A DNA stretch of 61,116 bases, the filler included. It is 7 parts of 7 records of this genome, joined end to end, with 100 filler letters (N's around TTAATTAATTAA, not from the genome) between each part and the next. Parts side by side here need not be neighbours in the genome. Positions count along the whole stretch, not along the records: positions 53,679 to 61,116 come from SRR7504441_9572; 6 more parts are not named here. One strand, given 5' to 3'. The notes under the pieces were generated by a model, which was not told the DNA's origin, did not search any database, and saw only the letters and a list, made by a program, of their open reading frames with translations. Positions 56,801-61,116 of this stretch are shown piece by piece. Each line of letters begins with the position of its first letter. Positions within the stretch are counted from its first letter, which is position 1. A program made the position numbers and the translations under genes.

Positions 56801-57037
56801 GCGCGCCATCGGGATGCCAAAAAGTGGCAAGAAGCCTACCATGGCGAGTATGGCCTCGAGGAAGTCAAGCACGAGGCTGTGCTGGTCGTATGTGTGGGTG
56901 GGTGTTCGGTCACTGAATTGGCAAGCATTCGTGCATTGGCTCGCCAAGATGGCAGGCCTTACATTGTGATTACTACTGCTATGATATCGGGTCGTGACTT
57001 TGTTCGTTCGTTCAAGGCAGATTGGGAATCTGAATAA
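53862..57037 (+). CDS. Sec1/Munc18 (Vps33-like) protein with N-terminal PH-like, discoidin/F5-8C-like and EF-hand domains; three introns
   Basis: VVLDRTVDMFTPCLTEQSYSGMLSELF, YDGYVPLLVR, LVVCVGGCSVTELASIR and IVITTAMISG (SM family); EWAVFDLG...ARFWRLEV (discoidin); LDFDGNGIISLDE and MDGNQNGHIDLEEF. Confidence 0.8.
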
Positions 57038-57305
57038 TTGTCAGTGTAATCCATCGCCTACATGTAAGAATGCATGAATGTATCTAGCCTTTGCATCACA
57101 ATATTAGATGCATTGCTGCATAATTAAATGTATCTTCCGCAATACTGTACTAACACCGTTAACTTAATTAAGAGGTTAATTATTAATACTTTGAACGAGC
57201 TGCTTGCCGGATGCTGCGCAACATTTATTCTATCAAAATACCCTGCATCTAGCTCCGCATACCGCCCTCATGGGCACCGCCCTTTGATTTGTGCGGCACA
57301 ATACA

Positions 57306-59974
57306 CTAGGTGATCGTTCCCGAGACCCGGTCCTCCCGTGATGTTCTAAGGTCGTCCGAGTTGTCTTTGAGGTAGCATACTTTCGTGGACGGTATGTATG
57401 TGAAGGCAAAGCAGGCGTGTGTAGCCTCTATACAAGCTGCACAGCATTCTTTGTCAGTCTTTGCGGCGAGGGATTTGAAATTCCCGGTTCCTATTACAGC
57501 ACCCTGATGATAACTACAGCTTTTCGCCTCACTGTGCCCTAGTGGTAATGGTGGCAACGAGGAGCTCGAACCGTGGCTATTTCGACTGCTGTCGGTTTGC
57601 ACCGGTTTGGGCTTAGGCTGAACGTAAGATGGAACCCCCAATGGCCCAAGACCAGTCCAGCCTCGATGCGTGATGGGCAGCAAAGGTTTGTCTAGTACAC
57701 CACAGAGAACGTTGAAAGGCGCAGTCAGGACGTTCTTCTCCTTTTCTGTCCTTCTAATTAGATCGATCCACTTGGTCTCGGGAAACTTCTTCTTGGCGAA
57801 GCCGTCAGGCCCCCAAAAGAGCCCTCGGTTCTCTGCGAATTCAATGCCGTTGTTCCTTCGACTCGTGCCAGCCTCGGTGCAGTTTCGGTGCAGCTCGAAC
57901 AAGAAATCCAACCGCTTCTGCAGCTCAGCCGACTGTTGGTAGAGCCCCGGCCTAACCGCTACCATGCGCTGCAGCCAGCTAATGAGGAGCGGCCATGGCC
58001 GTGGGCAGGTAGCTGCTTGGTTCTGGATTCGCACGACGCCCCTGATTCGGGGGCCACGATGAGGGGGGAGTGTGAGATCATGGCCGTTGCAGGCTACTTG
58101 GCCAAAGATTGAGACAGCATAGTTCCGCTTGAGGTGTAAGAAGAACCCAGTCGTGTTGCTGTCCACGTGAATATTGAACGGCAGCTTCCTGTCCCAGCGG
58201 TGATTCCATTTTCTAGTTTGTGTATCCATCTTCCAATGCTTGCCACCTTTTCTAATCTCGTCAACTTTGAACTGGTACGGATAAAACACCTCCTTGCTGT
58301 AGTGCACCCAGTGCACCCAGATCCTGTCCGGCCTGAAGATCTCCTTCGTTTTGTAGGTTGCCGCTACCTGACGTGGCGGCCCGCAAGGCACCCTTGTCGC
58401 GTGCCTCAGAAGAGGCGTCCAGGCGTGTCTTTTCTCTTCAAGGCATCTGCCTAACTGCACCGGAAAGAACGTGAACGTGTCAGCCTCGGGGCGTCGCTGG
58501 TCTAGCTCGCGGAGCATAGCCGTGACCGTCTGATCTGGATGCGCGGTCATAAAGAACTCATCGGCGTCCATAACAGCCTGGCCGCCCAGGCTCAGCGACT
58601 ACGCACGCCCCCCAGGCTTACCAACCACTTGGTGCTGGCTGCGTACCGGCGGGCGCACACGCTCTCCTGGATGTACTGGCTGCTCCGCCGCCCGCCGCCG
58701 GCCACTTTGGCCAGGCGGATGGCTTCCCTGGACTGCGGGAGAGCCCCTTTAGGGACAGAGCGGCAGTGGGCGAGCGGCCAGTGATGGTAGATCACAAAGC
58801 CCTCCTCTATAAAGTCCCGAAGCGCGCGGTAGACCGGCAACTCAAGTTCGGTTTGATTCGGTTGCTGGCCTTGGGTGTTGTCAAACACGATCATCCTATC
58901 AAGCCCGGCTGCCTTGTGGTACACCACCCACTCCACCAGCCCCAGCTCAAAGTCGCTGTTGCTCACCTCGCGGTTGAGCTCGTCACGGTACGGATCGGCG
59001 GTCAGCATGCTGCAGCTGGTTAGGTAGGCCGCCGGCAGCTGCACCGGCAGCCGGATCTCGAGCCCCATCATGGAAGCTATCAGCGGGTTGTTGGACCGCA
59101 GATCAACAGCGAATGTGCGCTCGATGTCGGCCGGCTGGGCCTTGAGCTGCTTGTTGAGCTCTGCAGTGCCCGAGAGGAAGCAGCGCAGGTTCCGGACCGT
59201 GTGGTTCCCACTTAGGCTAGGCGACCCGATGCAAGGATCCCACGGGCTGGAGCCCTTGCTCCCCGTCTGCCGGAGCTCGAAGCTGTAGTCTTGGATGGTG
59301 AAGCCCTTGCTCCCGTCCCCGCAGTGATACATGTCGAAAAAGACCAAGTCGATCAACCCAGTGCGCGGGTCGTACACAGCGTCGTACACGCTGGGCACCG
59401 TGGCGGCCGCAAGACCCGCGGTCGAGCCGAACGGCTCGAACGGCGGCGGCCGGATGCGGCCGGGGGTTTGGTCTACAGGGAACGAGCTCCTGGGGTCTAC
59501 GCGGACTCGCACCTGGCGTTGCCCGCCCGTGTCGGCCGAGACCTCCGTAGGGGCCGGGCTCGGGGCGCCACTGGGGCGGCGGCTAGGAGTGTCACTCGGA
59601 TGGCGGCTAGGAGTGCCACGGGCCAGATGGGGGTGCCTGATTCGAGTCCGATGGAGGCGGCTCGGACCGCGGCTAGGAGTGCCACTCGGACCGCGACTAG
59701 GAGTGCCACTCGGACCGCGGCTCGCGGTGAGCCCTGATGCAGCCGGGTTGGTCTCGACCAGCGGCTTTGTGTCTAACATGTCTCGCGCATCTCGGGCCTG
59801 CCAGGCTCGCCAGTTGCCGGGCGTGGCCGCTGCTCCCTTTGCCCTGCGCGTGGTGGTAGCGACGTGCGGCTTGGCCGACGGCAGGTGCAGCATGGTCGAG
59901 CCTATCATCAGCGTGTACAGGGCCACCGGGACGAGCAGCGCCGCCAGACTCAGCACCACCCTCGCCGTAGGCAT
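57306..59974 (-). CDS. GT92/DUF23-like glycosyltransferase with N-terminal membrane anchor and C-terminal PAN/apple domain; intron at 58578-58621
   Basis: LVEWVVYHKAAGLDRMIVFDN; TKWL|AVMDADEFF (DxD); ECCAAC...CFAFTY...CYLK (PAN). Confidence 0.8.
59571..59725. repeat. Degenerate 24-nt coding repeats (SRGPSGTP-like) in the glycosyltransferase stem
   Basis: ctcggaccgc(g/a)gctaggagtgcca-type units repeated several times. Confidence 0.8.
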
Positions 59975-60125
59975 GCTGCCCCAACCGCTGCCTTGTAAGT
60001 TGCAAGCAGGCAAAAGTCTGCAAGTCGAGCTGCTCGAGCATGCAGTCGGGTGGTGGGGCGGGTTCCAGCTGACCGAAGGCTCGCCCGGCCAGACACAGCA
60101 ACACGAAGCAGCGCACCAGTCGAAG

Positions 60126-61116
60126 ATGGAGGAGGTGTGGCCGCCGGGGGATGGAGGAGGGATGGCGGAGGTGCGGGCCTCCATCCAGCGGGCGCTGGCC
60201 CAGCACCAGGCCCGGGTGAACCGCCTCAAGCGCCGGATCCAAGAGGAGGAGGACAGCGCCGCCGAGGAGGCCGCCCGAGCCCGCACCGAGAGGGCGGAAT
60301 GGCAAATGTTGCTCGAATGCTCCTTTGGGGCGCCGGAGGAGTCGCCGCCGGGGACACTGGAGGCAACGCCGCCTCAGGAGGGGGCTTCTTCTGCTCCGGC
60401 AGTGAGCCCGCCGGAGGAGAGGCTGCGGGAGGAAACTCCGCCGGAGCTAACCCGGGCCCTTGGGGGGGTGGCGCAGAACGCTGGCGCTGGCCAGTGGCAG
60501 CAGCAGGCCCAGCAGCAGCAGGAGGAAGAGGAGGTCACGCAGCTGCCGGGGCAGGAACCGCCGCAACCGGTGCAGCGGTACGGGGGGCTGGTCAGCAAGA
60601 GCGCCCGCGAGGCGGTGGCGGCCAAGTTCATGCTTCCCCCGCTGGCCGCCACCGAGGCGCTCGCCAGCGACGACGACGAACCAGACGAGCCTGAGCCGGG
60701 CGAGCTGGACGAGACCCGGGCAACCTTTGAGCGATGGACCGGATTCGACTCCCAGTTCTCCCAGCCCAAACTGGCCGAGCCTGCGCCGGCTGACAGCCCG
60801 GACGAGGCGCTGGCGTTCGAGACAGCGCCCAGCCAGGGGCACGAGCCCGGGCTGATGCGGCCACCAGTGGTGGTGATGGTACCTGAAACTCAGTTTGCAC
60901 GCACGCCAGGCCTGGGAGTGCAAGGAAGCCCTGTTCTGGGGGTTCACGGATTCGGGAGTCCTGTTGGAGCCACCCAGGGCGCCGAAACCCAGCTGCAAGA
61001 TGATGTGACCCAGGACTATTCGATCGATGGGCAGGAGGCCACGCAGGCACCACCATTGCATGGTCAGGAGGCTACACAGGCACCACAACTGCATGGGCAG
61101 GAGGCTACGCAGGCAC
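60126..61116 (+). CDS. Acidic low-complexity protein rich in S/TQ motifs, running off the window end
   Basis: Open frame from ATG 60126 to the end; N-terminal coiled coil; DSQFSQ, VPETQF, ATQG, ETQL, VTQD and EATQA repeats. Confidence 0.65.
   Translation, partial: MEEVWPPGDGGGMAEVRASIQRALAQHQARVNRLKRRIQEEEDSAAEEAARARTERAEWQMLLECSFGAPEESPPGTLEATPPQEGASSAPAVSPPEERLREETPPELTRALGGVAQNAGAGQWQQQAQQQQEEEEVTQLPGQEPPQPVQRYGGLVSKSAREAVAAKFMLPPLAATEALASDDDEPDEPEPGELDETRATFERWTGFDSQFSQPKLAEPAPADSPDEALAFETAPSQGHEPGLMRPPVVVMVPETQFARTPGLGVQGSPVLGVHGFGSPVGATQGAETQLQDDVTQDYSIDGQEATQAPPLHGQEATQAPQLHGQEATQA
61027..61116 (+). repeat. 33-nt coding tandem repeat (GQEATQAPxLH), at least 2.7 copies
   Basis: Units start at 61027, 61060 and 61093. 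Confidence 0.9.

Noticed and set aside
1624-58621. Introner-type transposable introns
   Set aside because: Introns are similar in length, but I see no shared internal sequence or terminal inverted repeats among them
449-61094. Many long overlapping antisense ORFs (e.g. 12302-13234, 23012-23932, 34603-35727, 41298-42185)
   Set aside because: Expected shadow ORFs in high-GC coding DNA; Arg/Pro/Ala-rich with no domains

Overview
Eukaryotic nuclear DNA from a compact, GC-rich genome, probably a unicellular protist; I cannot assign the lineage from sequence alone. The window is seven contigs joined by artificial 100-nt linkers (44 N + TTAATTAATTAA + 44 N), so adjacency across linkers has no biological meaning. 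I can support about 32 protein-coding genes, many split by very short introns (mostly 36-49 nt); most entries in the ORF track are shadow ORFs or exon fragments. Recognisable products include a GH27 alpha-galactosidase with a ricin domain, a 2OG-Fe(II) oxygenase with Sel1 repeats, a LIM+SAM protein, a single-domain cation channel, Nup155, an Sfi1-like protein, an amino-acid transporter, ankyrin proteins, an RGS protein, EF-hand proteins, a bacterial-type carbohydrate-active gene pair, an anoctamin, flavocytochrome b2, a membrane RBR E3 ligase, a GH16, a Sec1/Vps33-like fusion and a GT92-like glycosyltransferase. I found no rRNA, tRNA, CRISPR array or transposon. The most interesting signals are architectural. 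(1) Gene strands alternate almost strictly, giving head-to-head pairs whose start codons are about 50-290 bp apart. (2) A MYB-type YAACGG/CCGTTR motif recurs in those 5' regions. (3) Mini-introns have weak 5' splice sites and a high share of AG|GC...AG donors. (4) AT-rich non-coding DNA is dense in perfect 10-14 bp palindromes and short tandem duplications. All gene models were inferred by hand and need transcript confirmation.
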